The notes: generated by a model not told the origin, from the letters alone. 64,000 nt of DNA from an uncultured Burkholderiales bacterium (GCA_963925895.1 CAWUVH010000006.1:1474-65473), one strand, 5' to 3'; counted from the first letter of the stretch, positions 8,513 to 19,038 are shown. Numbers and translations are program-made.

Positions 8513-11290
8513 ATGAACAGGTACGTTAAAACGACGGAGTCATCTCGAAAGGACCACGCACTTCGAAAGGATGTGAGACTCCTTGGAGATATGCTCGGAG
8601 ATACGATTCGTGACCATGAAGGTCAGGTAATATTTGATCTTGTAGAAAAAACTCGACAGTTATCGGTGTCGCTTCAACGCACAGGCTCCGATGGAGCTAA
8701 ACGTAAGTTATTTAAAAGACTCAGATCCCTAGATAGTTTTGAGACCAGCGTTGTCATTAGGTCTTATTGTTATTTTTCATTATTATCTAATATCGCAGAA
8801 GATCAGCATCATGTTCGCCGCCGCCGTGCGTATGAGGCCGCTCGTTCGGGGCCGCAGGCCGGATCTCTGGATGCGGTGATGTTGATGCCTGAAATCCAAG
8901 CATTATCATTGCGTGAGCTAGAAGAGTTTTTTTCTAGGAGCTTAATAGTCCCGGTCCTCACTGCACATCCGACCGAGGTGCAGCGAAAAAGCATTTTAGA
9001 CCTTCAAAAAACGATTGCCGATTTACTGAATAAAAGAGATCGAGAGAATTTAACGCCAGTCGAATTGTCCAGAAATGACGAGTTGCTCCGTAGGGCAATA
9101 CTCACGCTATGGCAGACGCGAATCTTGCGGGAGTTGAAGCTCAGCGTTCAGGACGAAATAGACAATGCGATTTCATATTATGAGTCTACTTTTCTAATTG
9201 AACTTCCTCGCCTATACGGTGACATTGAAGATCGTATGTATTCAGTTTCGACAGAAGCGACCCCTCCCCCAGCTTTGGCAAGCTTTTTTAAAATGGGCAG
9301 CTGGATTGGTGGAGATCGGGATGGCAACCCCTTTGTCACTGACAAGGTTATGACATATGCCGTCGGTAAACAAAGTCAAGTGCTGTATCAGTTTTATCGG
9401 CGTGAGCTTGAGGCGTTGACTGGTGAGCTATCTCAGTCGGATTGGCGTGTTCAAGTGACTGGTCCATTGATTGCTTTGGCAGATCGGTCAATAGATATTT
9501 CTGACCATAGAAAAGACGAACACTATCGCCGCGCGTTAATGGCAATACGTGCTCGATTGGAGAATACGTTTGGTGAGGCCCGAAAAGCCTATACCTCGAC
9601 TGAAAATGCGCCACTCGTTTATTTAAGTCCTGAGGAGTTTTCTGCTGACCTAAAGATTGTCAGTGATTCGCTCTACCAAAATAGGAGTGCATTAGTCGCG
9701 CGCGGAAGAATTCGAGCTCTACTAAGGGCAGCTGAGGTTTTTGGTTTTCATCTGGCTTCGTTAGACCTAAGACAGCATTCAGAGGTTCATGAAAGTGTGG
9801 TATCCGATCTTTTTGCGCGGGGAATGAATAAGTTAGGTTATAGCGAGCTTCATGAAAAAGAAAAGCGGAGTTGGCTGCTAAGCGAATTAAGCATAAACAG
9901 ACCGCTTAGATCAACTTTTCTGAATTATGATGAATTGACTCATAAGGAATTAAAGATATTAGACGGCGCTAACAAACTGCAACGAGACTACGGCAAGGAT
10001 TCAATTGCAAATTATGTGATTTCCCAAGCTAACGATGTGAGCGACATCCTTGAGGTGGCACTGCTTTTAAAGGAGTCGGGCGGTCTAAGTGCCGGGGAAA
10101 ATCCAGATTCATCTATGAATATCGTGCCACTATTTGAAACGATTGAAGATTTACGAAATTCGTCTGATGTCATGGATGCTCTTTTCTCCGATCCTTTTTA
10201 TAGAAAATTGTTGCGTAATAAAGATGACGTTCAGGAAGTCATGTTGGGCTATTCAGATAGCAACAAAGATGGGGGCTTCTTAACGGCTAACTGGGAGATT
10301 TACCATGCAGAAAAAGAGCTCGTTAAGGTATTTGCAAAGCACGGTGTAAAACTGAGGATATTTCATGGCAGAGGTGGGACGGTTGGTCGCGGCGGCGGGC
10401 CAAGTTACGAGGCGATTCTTGCTCAACCTGCAGGAAGTGTAGCCGGTCAGATTAGAATTACGGAGCAGGGGGAAGTGATTGCCAGTAAATATTCTGATCC
10501 CGAAATTGGTCGACGTAATCTAGAAACCTTGGTGGCGGCAACGCTTCAAGCGACGGTTGTTCTGCAGGACGTGAATCAGTCAGCGACGCTGTCCGACTAT
10601 GAAGATATTTTGCGTGAAATGGCCCAAGAGAGTTTTGTGGCCTACCGTTCCTTGGTTTTTGATGATCCTGGCTTCGTTGAGTTTTTTCGCCAGGCAACAC
10701 CTATTGCAGAAATTGCTGATCTTAATGTGGGAAGTCGGCCCGCGTCTCGGAGCAAGTCTGCTCGTATTGAGGATTTGAGGGCTATCCCCTGGGTATTTTC
10801 GTGGTCTTTAGCAAGAATGATGTTGCCAGGTTGGTACGGTTTTGGCTCAGCCGTCCAAGCATGGGTTGAAAGTCATGGTGATGATGCGATTGAGAAGTTG
10901 CAGCGTATGTATCGAGATTGGGCATTTTTCAATGTCATGCTTTCAAATATGGACATGGTGCTCGCCAAAAGTGATTTTGATATTGCCCGTCGGTATGCTG
11001 AATTGGTTCAAGATGTTGATCTCAGAGATCGTATTTATGGGCGGATTGAAAAAGAGTGGGAGCTTTCAGTGAAATGGTTGCTTAAGATTAGCGATCAAAA
11101 TTATTTGCTCGAGAAAAACCCGTCTCTTTCAAGAAGTTTGCAGAGTCGATCTCCTTATATTGATACGTTAAATCATTTGCAAATTGAATTGATGCAACGA
11201 TACCGTTGCGGCAATCATGATGAGCAGCTAAAGCGTTCGATACTTCAGACGATTAACGGCATTTCAGCCGGACTCAGAAACAGTGGTTAA
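8513..11290 (+). CDS. ppc: Phosphoenolpyruvate carboxylase
   Basis: Motifs VLTAHPTE, GYSDSNKDGG and FHGRGGTVGRGGGP, with the C-terminal GLRNSG. The ATG at 8513 avoids the 35-nt overlap with hemY that the track start at 8465 implies. Confidence 0.96.
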   Translation: MNRYVKTTESSRKDHALRKDVRLLGDMLGDTIRDHEGQVIFDLVEKTRQLSVSLQRTGSDGAKRKLFKRLRSLDSFETSVVIRSYCYFSLLSNIAEDQHHVRRRRAYEAARSGPQAGSLDAVMLMPEIQALSLRELEEFFSRSLIVPVLTAHPTEVQRKSILDLQKTIADLLNKRDRENLTPVELSRNDELLRRAILTLWQTRILRELKLSVQDEIDNAISYYESTFLIELPRLYGDIEDRMYSVSTEATPPPALASFFKMGSWIGGDRDGNPFVTDKVMTYAVGKQSQVLYQFYRRELEALTGELSQSDWRVQVTGPLIALADRSIDISDHRKDEHYRRALMAIRARLENTFGEARKAYTSTENAPLVYLSPEEFSADLKIVSDSLYQNRSALVARGRIRALLRAAEVFGFHLASLDLRQHSEVHESVVSDLFARGMNKLGYSELHEKEKRSWLLSELSINRPLRSTFLNYDELTHKELKILDGANKLQRDYGKDSIANYVISQANDVSDILEVALLLKESGGLSAGENPDSSMNIVPLFETIEDLRNSSDVMDALFSDPFYRKLLRNKDDVQEVMLGYSDSNKDGGFLTANWEIYHAEKELVKVFAKHGVKLRIFHGRGGTVGRGGGPSYEAILAQPAGSVAGQIRITEQGEVIASKYSDPEIGRRNLETLVAATLQATVVLQDVNQSATLSDYEDILREMAQESFVAYRSLVFDDPGFVEFFRQATPIAEIADLNVGSRPASRSKSARIEDLRAIPWVFSWSLARMMLPGWYGFGSAVQAWVESHGDDAIEKLQRMYRDWAFFNVMLSNMDMVLAKSDFDIARRYAELVQDVDLRDRIYGRIEKEWELSVKWLLKISDQNYLLEKNPSLSRSLQSRSPYIDTLNHLQIELMQRYRCGNHDEQLKRSILQTINGISAGLRNSG

Positions 11291-11305
11291 GTCCCTAATG
11301 CTACT

Positions 11306-12337
11306 TTAGTCTTGAGGTTTTGGATCAACCGACGGGGTAAACGCATCAGAGAAAAATGCGTCCTCAGGTAAATCGCACTGCTCAGTGAAGTCTTTATGGG
11401 CAGCTTCTACCATTGCGGGCACGCCGCATGAATACGCCTCATGGTTCGCCATATCAGGAAAATCTTCCATTGCGGCGACATGAACCATGCCGGTTCGCCC
11501 GTCCCATTTGTCTTCGGGTTCCGCATCGGAGACGACAGGAACAAAATTAAAGTGCTCGTGATCTTTTTGCCATTGACTGGCCAGATCGCTCATGTAGATA
11601 TCTCGAGGTCTTCGTCCACCCCAGTAGAGAACCATTGGCCGGTCGATACCTTGTTCAAAGGTATATTCAATGATACTTTTAATCGGAGCAAAACCAGTTC
11701 CGCTAGCGACAAAAATTATGGGTTTGTCGGTATCTTCTCGCAGAAAAAAGGTTCCGAGAGGCCCCTCAAACCTAAGGATATCTTTCTCTTTGAGCGTCTC
11801 AAAAACTTGTGTTGTGAAGGCACCATTTGCCATGTTTCGGACATGCAGTTCGATATATTCGGCTTCATGGGGGGGGTTGCCCATAGAGTAGCTGCGCCGT
11901 TTCCCCCCGCGTAATAGAACATCGATGTACTGTCCTGCAAAAAACTGGAAACGTTCGTTAGATGGCAGTTTAAGCTTTAGGATAACAATGTCATCGGAAA
12001 CGCGAAGTATTGACTGGACGCGACTCGGTAACCGGCGCACTTCAATATCTCCGGTTGTTTCGATCTCTCTTGCCTCAATCACTAAATCGCTGAGAGGGGT
12101 TGCTTGGCAGAATAAGGTGAGGCCGTCACGTTTCTCGAAATCGACGAGGGCAGAACTTTGCGGGTTGCCGTGATCAACCGTTCCCTCGATAATCTTACCT
12201 TTACATGCTGCGCAAGCGCCATTTCTGCATCCGTATGGTAGCGTATATCCTGAGCGCATTGCTGCAGAGAGAATGGTTTCGTTTTCTTCGGTTGTGAATG
12301 TATTACCGCTGGGTTGAATCGTGACTTTATGCGCCAT
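11306..12337 (-). CDS. [2Fe-2S] ferredoxin-FNR fusion oxidoreductase (AscD / CDP-6-deoxy-glucoseen reductase-like)
   Basis: An N-terminal plant-type ferredoxin Cys pattern (CRNGACAACKG ... C) is followed by FNR motifs RSYSM (FAD) and GTGFAP (NAD(P)H). Confidence 0.85.
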   Translation of the reverse strand: MAHKVTIQPSGNTFTTEENETILSAAMRSGYTLPYGCRNGACAACKGKIIEGTVDHGNPQSSALVDFEKRDGLTLFCQATPLSDLVIEAREIETTGDIEVRRLPSRVQSILRVSDDIVILKLKLPSNERFQFFAGQYIDVLLRGGKRRSYSMGNPPHEAEYIELHVRNMANGAFTTQVFETLKEKDILRFEGPLGTFFLREDTDKPIIFVASGTGFAPIKSIIEYTFEQGIDRPMVLYWGGRRPRDIYMSDLASQWQKDHEHFNFVPVVSDAEPEDKWDGRTGMVHVAAMEDFPDMANHEAYSCGVPAMVEAAHKDFTEQCDLPEDAFFSDAFTPSVDPKPQD

Positions 12338-12417
12338 TGTGGAGATAACCTTAAACTGAGTTGGTAAGAAATTTTAATGCCTAAATATTATGAGCGTAAC
12401 TGAAATAAATATTGAAT

Positions 12418-13299
12418 ATGCATAGGCTGTTGATCGTCGGATTTGGAGATGTCGGGAAACGATTTGCCACCCGTTATGCCTCTCGTTTTAATCTATCTGT
12501 TGTGTCGAGAACGAAGACTGGTGAATCCCCTTCCTGGACAAGGTCAATTAATTGGTTGAGTGCAGATCTTGATGAACCGAGAACTCTGCAGAGGTTGGCA
12601 GGTTTGTCGGAAGGCGTGGTTTATCTTGCGCCTCCAAATTCATCCGGACATACCGACATGCGAATTCGTAATTTTTTAAGATCTATTACGTCGGGCCTAA
12701 GAATACCACAGCGACTTGTTTATATGAGCACGACCGGTGTCTACGGCGATTGTATGGGCGAGCACGTGAGTGAAACGCGTGCGGCCAATCCTCAAACAGA
12801 TCGGGCTCGAAGGCGGATCGATGCGGAAGCGCAAGTTCGAGCCTGGTCGAAAAGCACGGGGTGTACGTCAATTATTCTAAGAGTGCCTGGGATCTATGCC
12901 TCCAATCGGCTTCCGCTGAATAGGCTTATGAAGAGTTTGCCGACCTTGAGGGCTGACGAGGATAGCTTCTCTAACCACATTCACGCTGATGATCTGGCGC
13001 AGATAGTTTTTCTGGCACTTTTCCGGGGTAAGGGTGGTCGAATATACAACTGTACTGATGATTCGAGGATAAAAGTTGGCGATTATTTCGATTTGGTTGC
13101 GGACAGGGCTAGTCTCCCAAGGCCGAGACGTCTCACTAAGTCTGAAGCGAAGGATGTGTTGCCCGAAATGTTGTGGTCATTTCTCAATGAGTCTCGATTG
13201 GTTTTGAATGATCGGATGAAAAAGGAGCTTAAAGTCCGCTTACGGTATCCTACTGTGCTGGACGGTGTGCCGGCATCACTCAATGTGTCAGATAATTAG
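12418..13299 (+). CDS. NAD(P)-dependent epimerase/dehydratase-family (extended SDR) protein
   Basis: Rossmann N-terminus LLIVGFGDVGKR, a YxxxK-type region and an epimerase-like length. The substrate is unknown. The ATG at 12418 is preferred to the TTG at 12412. Confidence 0.7.
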   Translation: MHRLLIVGFGDVGKRFATRYASRFNLSVVSRTKTGESPSWTRSINWLSADLDEPRTLQRLAGLSEGVVYLAPPNSSGHTDMRIRNFLRSITSGLRIPQRLVYMSTTGVYGDCMGEHVSETRAANPQTDRARRRIDAEAQVRAWSKSTGCTSIILRVPGIYASNRLPLNRLMKSLPTLRADEDSFSNHIHADDLAQIVFLALFRGKGGRIYNCTDDSRIKVGDYFDLVADRASLPRPRRLTKSEAKDVLPEMLWSFLNESRLVLNDRMKKELKVRLRYPTVLDGVPASLNVSDN

Positions 13300-13300
13300 A

Positions 13301-13756
13301 ATGTTGATCGCCAATCGATGTGTCGTCGCATTCTTGGCTTTTTGCTGCTTTCCCCAGTTTGTTGTTTCTGGTGAGGTTGAGGGGCCTGGTGCGAGCGACT
13401 TTTATACGTTATCCGCAACGTTATCCAAGGGTAACAAGTTAGCGCTCGCTTACGATATTCACCCCTGTTGTTATTTGTATAAACGTAGTTTTTCTTTTCA
13501 AGCGTTAGACTCCGAGGTGATCGTCGGTCATGTTTCGTTTCCTGAGTCTTTAAGACATCACGATGAATTTTTTGGTGATGTAGAGATTTATAGAGGAGAG
13601 GTGCTCATTACTTTGGATCTAGACACCAGTCAAGTTGAGGTGCGAAGCGACTCACTAAGTATCAGCGCTGAGCATCAAGGATGTTCAGACGAGGGTATTT
13701 GTTTCTTGCCTGACCGTAATGTATTACGTTTTGCTAGTTTTCCCGGCCTCGAATGA
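13301..13756 (+). CDS. Stand-alone DsbD N-terminal (alpha) domain protein, secreted
   Basis: A signal peptide (MLIANRCVVAFLAFCCFPQFVVSG) plus the DsbD-alpha active-site block HQGCSDEGICFLP (E. coli has YQGCADAGFCYPP). The ATG at 13301 lies just after the upstream stop. Confidence 0.8.
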   Translation: MLIANRCVVAFLAFCCFPQFVVSGEVEGPGASDFYTLSATLSKGNKLALAYDIHPCCYLYKRSFSFQALDSEVIVGHVSFPESLRHHDEFFGDVEIYRGEVLITLDLDTSQVEVRSDSLSISAEHQGCSDEGICFLPDRNVLRFASFPGLE

Positions 13757-14289
13757 ATAAAGCGGTATTGACAGTGTGGGCGAGACACTTGTTGATAACT
13801 TGTGTCGTGATTGGGTCGGTAGTGATGGGCATCCTAATGAGCAATACTCGCACAGCCTTAGACGTGAGCGCAGTCAAAGATGCTCAGAATGCGCAGTTTC
13901 AGGACCTTGCTGGTAATTGGCGGCAGATCTCACATTGGGACGGTAGCTATCGCATCGTTAATTTTTGGGCAACTTGGTGCCCCCCTTGTCTTGAGGAAAT
14001 CCCTTTATTTGTTCAGCTCCAGGATGAGTATAAGGATCGTAATGTGACTTTCATTGGGATTGCGGTAGATGATGCTCACCGCGTTCGTGAATTCGTTAGG
14101 GATAATGAGATCAATTACCCCGTATTGATTGGGTCTGGCGACGCGCTTCGTATTTCAGAAATTCTCGGTAACAAAAGATCGGGGTTGCCTTTCACGGTTT
14201 TTTTAAACCCTTCAGGGGACTTAATCGATATGCATTCTGGCGTAGTCCCAGAGTCTAAAGTACGAAAATTTGTCGATAAAATCCGCTAA
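13753..14289 (+). CDS. Membrane-anchored TlpA/ResA-family thiol:disulfide oxidoreductase
   Basis: An N-terminal TM anchor and the thioredoxin-fold motif FWATWCPPCLEE. ATGA start/stop overlap with the upstream DsbD-alpha gene. Confidence 0.88.
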   Translation: MNKAVLTVWARHLLITCVVIGSVVMGILMSNTRTALDVSAVKDAQNAQFQDLAGNWRQISHWDGSYRIVNFWATWCPPCLEEIPLFVQLQDEYKDRNVTFIGIAVDDAHRVREFVRDNEINYPVLIGSGDALRISEILGNKRSGLPFTVFLNPSGDLIDMHSGVVPESKVRKFVDKIR

Positions 14290-14489
14290 AATGCGCCTAT
14301 TTGTCGTTAAAGTTCGTATTTTAATGGCTGTTTTCTCTTGGTTGTGTGCTTTCCCCAGAATGACGCTTCTAGGTGGCCCCCTTATTGATTAAAAGCATCA
14401 TAATGCGTGTATAATCGCCGAATATGCAGTTAACTTTCAAAAAGTAGAGACCCGTTTAACCTTTCTTATACCAATTTAAGGCCTTAAAT

Positions 14490-14963
14490 ATGTCAAATGA
14501 ACGTGCACCATTAGAGCCCTGCGACATCCTTGTGTTGAATGGGCCAAACCTAAATCTATTGGGCACGCGAGAGCCCGGTGTATACGGTACCGAGACGCTC
14601 GATTCAATAGAAGCCCGAATAGTTTCAAAAGCTCAAGCAGCCACAATGAAATTAGTTTGCTGTCAAACAAATTACGAAGGTGAGCTAGTCAGCTTTATTC
14701 AGCAAGTTCGAACGGCTGGAGCGAAATTTTTGATTATTAATGCTGCAGCCTACACACACACCAGCATCGCTATTCGTGATGCGATCTCGGCCGTTGATGT
14801 CCCTTTTGTTGAAGTTCATTTATCGAACATCTACAAGCGCGAACACTTTCGTCATCATTCGTACCTTAGCGACAAGGCTGAGGCAGTGATTTGCGGGCTG
14901 GGCGCTATGGGTTATGACGTTGCGTTGGATTATGTATTAGAAAAACTGAAGGGAAGTCTGTAA
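14490..14963 (+). CDS. aroQ: 3-dehydroquinate dehydratase, type II
   Basis: [18 protein letters not shown] and the [15 protein letters not shown] signature. 157 aa. Confidence 0.95.
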   Translation: MSNERAPLEPCDILVLNGPNLNLLGTREPGVYGTETLDSIEARIVSKAQAATMKLVCCQTNYEGELVSFIQQVRTAGAKFLIINAAAYTHTSIAIRDAISAVDVPFVEVHLSNIYKREHFRHHSYLSDKAEAVICGLGAMGYDVALDYVLEKLKGSL

Positions 14964-15409
14964 TGGATCTGCGAAAATTAAAAAAATTAATTGATCTTGT
15001 CCAGGAGTCTGGGATTGAGGAGCTCGAAATCACAGAAGGTGAGGAGAGAGTTCGAATTAATAGTGGGAATAAAGCGCCGATTTCGTCGTATACACAGGCG
15101 CCGATGGCTCATGTCGCCGCACCGATTGTTCAGCCAGTGGCCGCTGCGGTTGTTGAGGAGATTCCTGCGGATGAAGGATTTGTGATGAAGTCACCTATGG
15201 TGGGCACGTTTTACCGTGCCTCGAACCCGGAATCTGCGTCATTTGTTGAGCTCGGCCAAACGGTTTCCGAGGGCGAGACATTATGTATTATCGAGGCAAT
15301 GAAGCTGCTCAATGAAATTGAGTCAGAGAAATCCGGTGTTATTAAAAAAATTCTTGTTGAAAATGGACAACCGATTGAATATGGCCAGCCGCTTTTTGTG
15401 ATCGCCTAA
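14963..15409 (+). CDS. accB: Acetyl-CoA carboxylase biotin carboxyl carrier protein
   Basis: A Pro/Ala linker followed by the biotinyl-lysine motif [10 protein letters not shown]. The start overlaps the aroQ stop (TAATG). Confidence 0.95.
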   Translation: MDLRKLKKLIDLVQESGIEELEITEGEERVRINSGNKAPISSYTQAPMAHVAAPIVQPVAAAVVEEIPADEGFVMKSPMVGTFYRASNPESASFVELGQTVSEGETLCIIEAMKLLNEIESEKSGVIKKILVENGQPIEYGQPLFVIA

Positions 15410-15481
15410 CCCTTATACGAGACTTTATAGATCTAGATTGTATAGGTGTGCGAAATTAGATAATGGGGTGTAAAAACGTTT

Positions 15482-16825
15482 ATGTTTGAAAAGATTTTAA
15501 TTGCGAATCGCGGCGAGATCGCTCTGAGAATTCAGCGAGCATGTAGGGAGATGGGTATCAAAACCGTAGCTGTTCATTCTGAGGCGGATGCGGAAGCCAA
15601 GTACGTGCGCCTTGCGGACGAGTCAGTATGTATCGGCCCAGCGTCGAGTGCGGACTCCTATCTTAATGTTCCCGCAATCATTAGCGCGGCTGAAGTCACT
15701 GATGCGCAAGCGATTCACCCAGGCTATGGGTTTTTGTCGGAGAATGCCGATTTCGCTGAGCGGGTTGAGCAAAGTGGTTTTGTTTTTATTGGACCAAAAC
15801 CAGAAACGATCCGCCTAATGGGGGATAAAGTAAGCGCAAAAGTTATGATGATCAAAGCTGGTATACCTGTTGTTCCCGGTAGCGTCGGCGCTCTTCCTGA
15901 TGATCCGAAGGAGGTTATTGGTATTGCCCGAGATATTGGCTACCCAGTTATCATAAAGGCCTCTGGGGGCGGAGGCGGTCGCGGAATGAGAGTTGTTCAT
16001 ACCGAAGCGGCATTGGTTAACGCGGTGAACATGACAAAACAAGAAGCTCAAGTCGCCTTCGGCAATCCAACTGTTTACATGGAAAAGTTTTTAGAGTATC
16101 CGCGGCATATTGAAGTGCAAGTTCTGGCCGATCAACATAAGCACGCTGTATATTTGGGCGATAGGGATTGTTCCTTGCAGCGACGTCATCAAAAGGTAAT
16201 TGAAGAGGCGCCGGCACCACATATTCGCCCTAGGGAGAGAGTAAAAATTGGGGAGAAATGTGTCGACGCATGCCGAAAAATCGGATATCGAGGTGCAGGA
16301 ACATTCGAGTTTTTATATGAGAATGGACAATTCTATTTCATTGAAATGAATACGAGGGTGCAAGTGGAGCACCCTGTAACCGAAATGATTACGGGTATCG
16401 ATATCGTAAAAACTCAAATTTCTGTTGCGTTCGGAGATAAATTACCTTTTAGGCAAAAAGATATTCAATTTAAGGGGCACGCAGTTGAGTGTAGGATCAA
16501 TGCGGAACATCCCTTTAAATTTACGCCATCACCAGGAAGGATTACTACACTCCATATCCCTGGAGGACCTGGCATTCGGGTAGATTCGCATGCATATCAG
16601 AATTATTTTGTGCCGCCACACTATGATTCTCTAATCGGTAAGGTAATCGCGCATGGGGATACCCGAGCGCAAGCGCTTGCCAGAATGAAAGTTGCTTTAT
16701 CCGAGATGATTGTCGAGGGGATTGAAACCAATATTCCGCTGCATCGTGAATTGGTGTCCGATGCAAAGTTCATCGAGGGTGGTGTAAATATTCATTACCT
16801 CGAGAAAAAACTCGCTAACGCTTAG
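15482..16825 (+). CDS. accC: Acetyl-CoA carboxylase biotin carboxylase subunit
   Basis: N-terminus [20 protein letters not shown]-grasp loop [14 protein letters not shown] and [14 protein letters not shown]. Confidence 0.97.
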   Translation: MFEKILIANRGEIALRIQRACREMGIKTVAVHSEADAEAKYVRLADESVCIGPASSADSYLNVPAIISAAEVTDAQAIHPGYGFLSENADFAERVEQSGFVFIGPKPETIRLMGDKVSAKVMMIKAGIPVVPGSVGALPDDPKEVIGIARDIGYPVIIKASGGGGGRGMRVVHTEAALVNAVNMTKQEAQVAFGNPTVYMEKFLEYPRHIEVQVLADQHKHAVYLGDRDCSLQRRHQKVIEEAPAPHIRPRERVKIGEKCVDACRKIGYRGAGTFEFLYENGQFYFIEMNTRVQVEHPVTEMITGIDIVKTQISVAFGDKLPFRQKDIQFKGHAVECRINAEHPFKFTPSPGRITTLHIPGGPGIRVDSHAYQNYFVPPHYDSLIGKVIAHGDTRAQALARMKVALSEMIVEGIETNIPLHRELVSDAKFIEGGVNIHYLEKKLANA

Positions 16826-16861
16826 TTTGCACATCTTCACCTATATTCTTTCGATTTAATT

Positions 16862-17758
16862 ATGGCTTGGCAGGCATTAGAGTTTGAAGTTTCAGGGGCC
16901 GATGTGGAAGCCTTGAGCGATGCGTTGTTTGACGCTGGGGCTCTATCGGTCGATGTCACTGATGCGGATGAGGGGTCAGTCAAAGAGAGAGCGATCTATC
17001 TCGAGCCAGGAGAGGAGGTTCTACTGTCATGGGGATACAATCTGGTTGTTGGGCTTTTTGATAAGGATATCGAAGTAGCCGATATATGTTCCTTCGTATC
17101 TAATGCCCTGCAACCCTTACAGTTGTCACCGCCTCAAACGCGCCTTGTTGATGATCAAGATTGGGTTCGTTTAACACAGCAACAATTTGAACCCATTCAA
17201 ATCACAAAGCGCTTACAAATCTCACCGAGTTGGTCGGCCGTTAAAGTTACGTCAGAAATCAATATCATTCTTGATCCGGGCCTCGCATTCGGTACAGGTA
17301 GTCATCCTACGACGCAGCTTTGCTTGCATTGGTTAGAGAGCAATTTGGTTTCCGGGCAAACGGTCATAGACTATGGATGTGGGTCTGGGGTTTTAGGAAT
17401 AGCAGCAAAGATGTTCGGTGCAGGCAGGGTGGTTGGAATCGATATAGATGAAGATGCGTTAGCCGCATCTCAGTACAATGCGCTTAGAAACGAGGTTGAC
17501 TTGGAGGTGTTTCCTGCGGGTGACAGTTTTAACGAGCAAGTAGATATAGTTATTGCAAATATTCTGCCGTCACCTTTGAAGGTCTTGGCGCCACTATTGA
17601 GCCAACTGGTTAAGCCGGGAGGAGACATTGTGTTGTCAGGTATTCTCGTGAGTCATGAACAAGAGTTACTTAGTATTTATGGGCGCTGGTTTGAAATGAG
17701 TACATTTCAAACTATGGATGATTGGGTTTGCCTGCAAGGCACCAAGCTGAGTTCATAA
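16862..17758 (+). CDS. prmA: Ribosomal protein L11 methyltransferase
   Basis: SAM-binding DYGCGSGVLGIAA, a PrmA-like N-terminal domain, and the conserved position after accBC. Confidence 0.92.
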   Translation: MAWQALEFEVSGADVEALSDALFDAGALSVDVTDADEGSVKERAIYLEPGEEVLLSWGYNLVVGLFDKDIEVADICSFVSNALQPLQLSPPQTRLVDDQDWVRLTQQQFEPIQITKRLQISPSWSAVKVTSEINIILDPGLAFGTGSHPTTQLCLHWLESNLVSGQTVIDYGCGSGVLGIAAKMFGAGRVVGIDIDEDALAASQYNALRNEVDLEVFPAGDSFNEQVDIVIANILPSPLKVLAPLLSQLVKPGGDIVLSGILVSHEQELLSIYGRWFEMSTFQTMDDWVCLQGTKLSS

Positions 17759-17762
17759 CACT

Positions 17763-18638
17763 ATGAAATTATTTCTTGTCTGCCCAAAATGCGCACATTT
17801 GTTTGGGTCGACTACTGCGCGACTCATCGAACAATCCGGTCGTGTTGATTGCCCCTCGTGTAATAATTCTTTTGATGGTTACGCTCATTATCGTTTTGAT
17901 GTTGTAGGTGAACCTGTAAGGGTGGTGTTAGGCGAACTAATAAAAGAGGAGAGTCTGCCTGATCAGCGCCACAGATTGGATTCAGCTAGACCAAATAATT
18001 TTAAAGAGGCGATCGGGATTAAAGAGGTTGTGTTGCCCGATGCGACTGAGCAAGAGATTCGTTCAAACGGTAATGCAAATTTGTACGAGGCCGTGTTTGC
18101 GCCTCTCCCCGTTTTAAAGTCGCGCTGGTGGTATGCAAATATCATGTTCTTTTTAATTTTTATATCAATGGTAATCTTGGGTTTTAATCAGCACATATAT
18201 GCTAACAATACTCAGGTTGGTCAATGGGCTTTAGGCGTGTGTGACAGTCTTGGTTGTGAGGCTGGAGTGCCAAGACGTATTGATGATCTAAGGTTGATTG
18301 GGACGGATCTAGCGGTTAGGCCCGATTTCGGGGAATCGTTTTACCATTTCCGTGCGACGATTCAGAACGTGGGGGAACAGCGACTGCAATTCCCGGCAAT
18401 GGAGTTGAAATTGACTGATGTTCAAGGCCGAATTATCACGAGTCGAGTCATTTATCCGAGCGAGTATGTTGCAGAGGTTGCTCAAGTGGGGATAGAGTCC
18501 AAGGGCGAACAACAATTGAACTTAATTCTTCTTATTGACGGCTCTCCTCCAGTAGCCTTTGATAGTTATCTGTTCTATCCAAAAAAGAATGGACTTAAGT
18601 TGCGCGGAGCCTTTGGTGCTTATGCACGTGTAGATTAA
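17763..18638 (+). CDS. Zinc-ribbon + TM + DUF3426-type protein, function unknown
   Basis: An N-terminal CPKC ... CPSC zinc ribbon, one central TM (YANIMFFLIFISMVILGF) and a beta-rich C-terminal domain. This architecture commonly follows prmA in Betaproteobacteria; that point is from memory. Confidence 0.65.
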   Translation: MKLFLVCPKCAHLFGSTTARLIEQSGRVDCPSCNNSFDGYAHYRFDVVGEPVRVVLGELIKEESLPDQRHRLDSARPNNFKEAIGIKEVVLPDATEQEIRSNGNANLYEAVFAPLPVLKSRWWYANIMFFLIFISMVILGFNQHIYANNTQVGQWALGVCDSLGCEAGVPRRIDDLRLIGTDLAVRPDFGESFYHFRATIQNVGEQRLQFPAMELKLTDVQGRIITSRVIYPSEYVAEVAQVGIESKGEQQLNLILLIDGSPPVAFDSYLFYPKKNGLKLRGAFGAYARVD

Positions 18639-18654
18639 AATTTTTGGAGTGACA

Positions 18655-19038
18655 ATGTTAAATAGTGAAAAGATAAAGTTTAGTGAGACGCATCAGTGGA
18701 TCCTCCTCAATGAGGGGGATGTTGCGTCGATAGGCATAAGTGATTACGCTCAAAATTCACTTGGAGACGTCGTCTACGTTGAGCTGCCTTTGCTGGGTTC
18801 TGTATTCGAATCCGGCGAGCAATGTGGTGTTGTTGAGTCGGTGAAGACTGCATCTGATCTATTTATCCCGGTGGCTGGAGAGGTCATCGCGGTTAATGAG
18901 TTATTGAGAGAGCGGCCTGAATTAATTAATGAGCTGCCTCAAGAGACATGGATATTTAAAGTCAAAGTGATGGATGCAAGATTGATTGAGGCGCTAATGA
19001 GTCAAGCTCAATACCTTGAGTTTGTAGAGAAAGAATAG
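18655..19038 (+). CDS. gcvH: Glycine-cleavage H-type lipoyl carrier protein
   Basis: Lipoyl-lysine motif VESVKTASDL and GcvH-like length and ends. The ATG at 18655 sits 5 nt after GGAG. The GTG at 18649 in the track is less likely. Confidence 0.88.
   Translation: MLNSEKIKFSETHQWILLNEGDVASIGISDYAQNSLGDVVYVELPLLGSVFESGEQCGVVESVKTASDLFIPVAGEVIAVNELLRERPELINELPQETWIFKVKVMDARLIEALMSQAQYLEFVEKE

Noticed and set aside
14385-14415. TTGATT ... TATAAT pair upstream of aroQ, considered as a sigma-70 promoter.
   Set aside because: The spacer is 19 nt, which is too long for a confident call, and there is no properly placed extended -10 TG. It is left unannotated.
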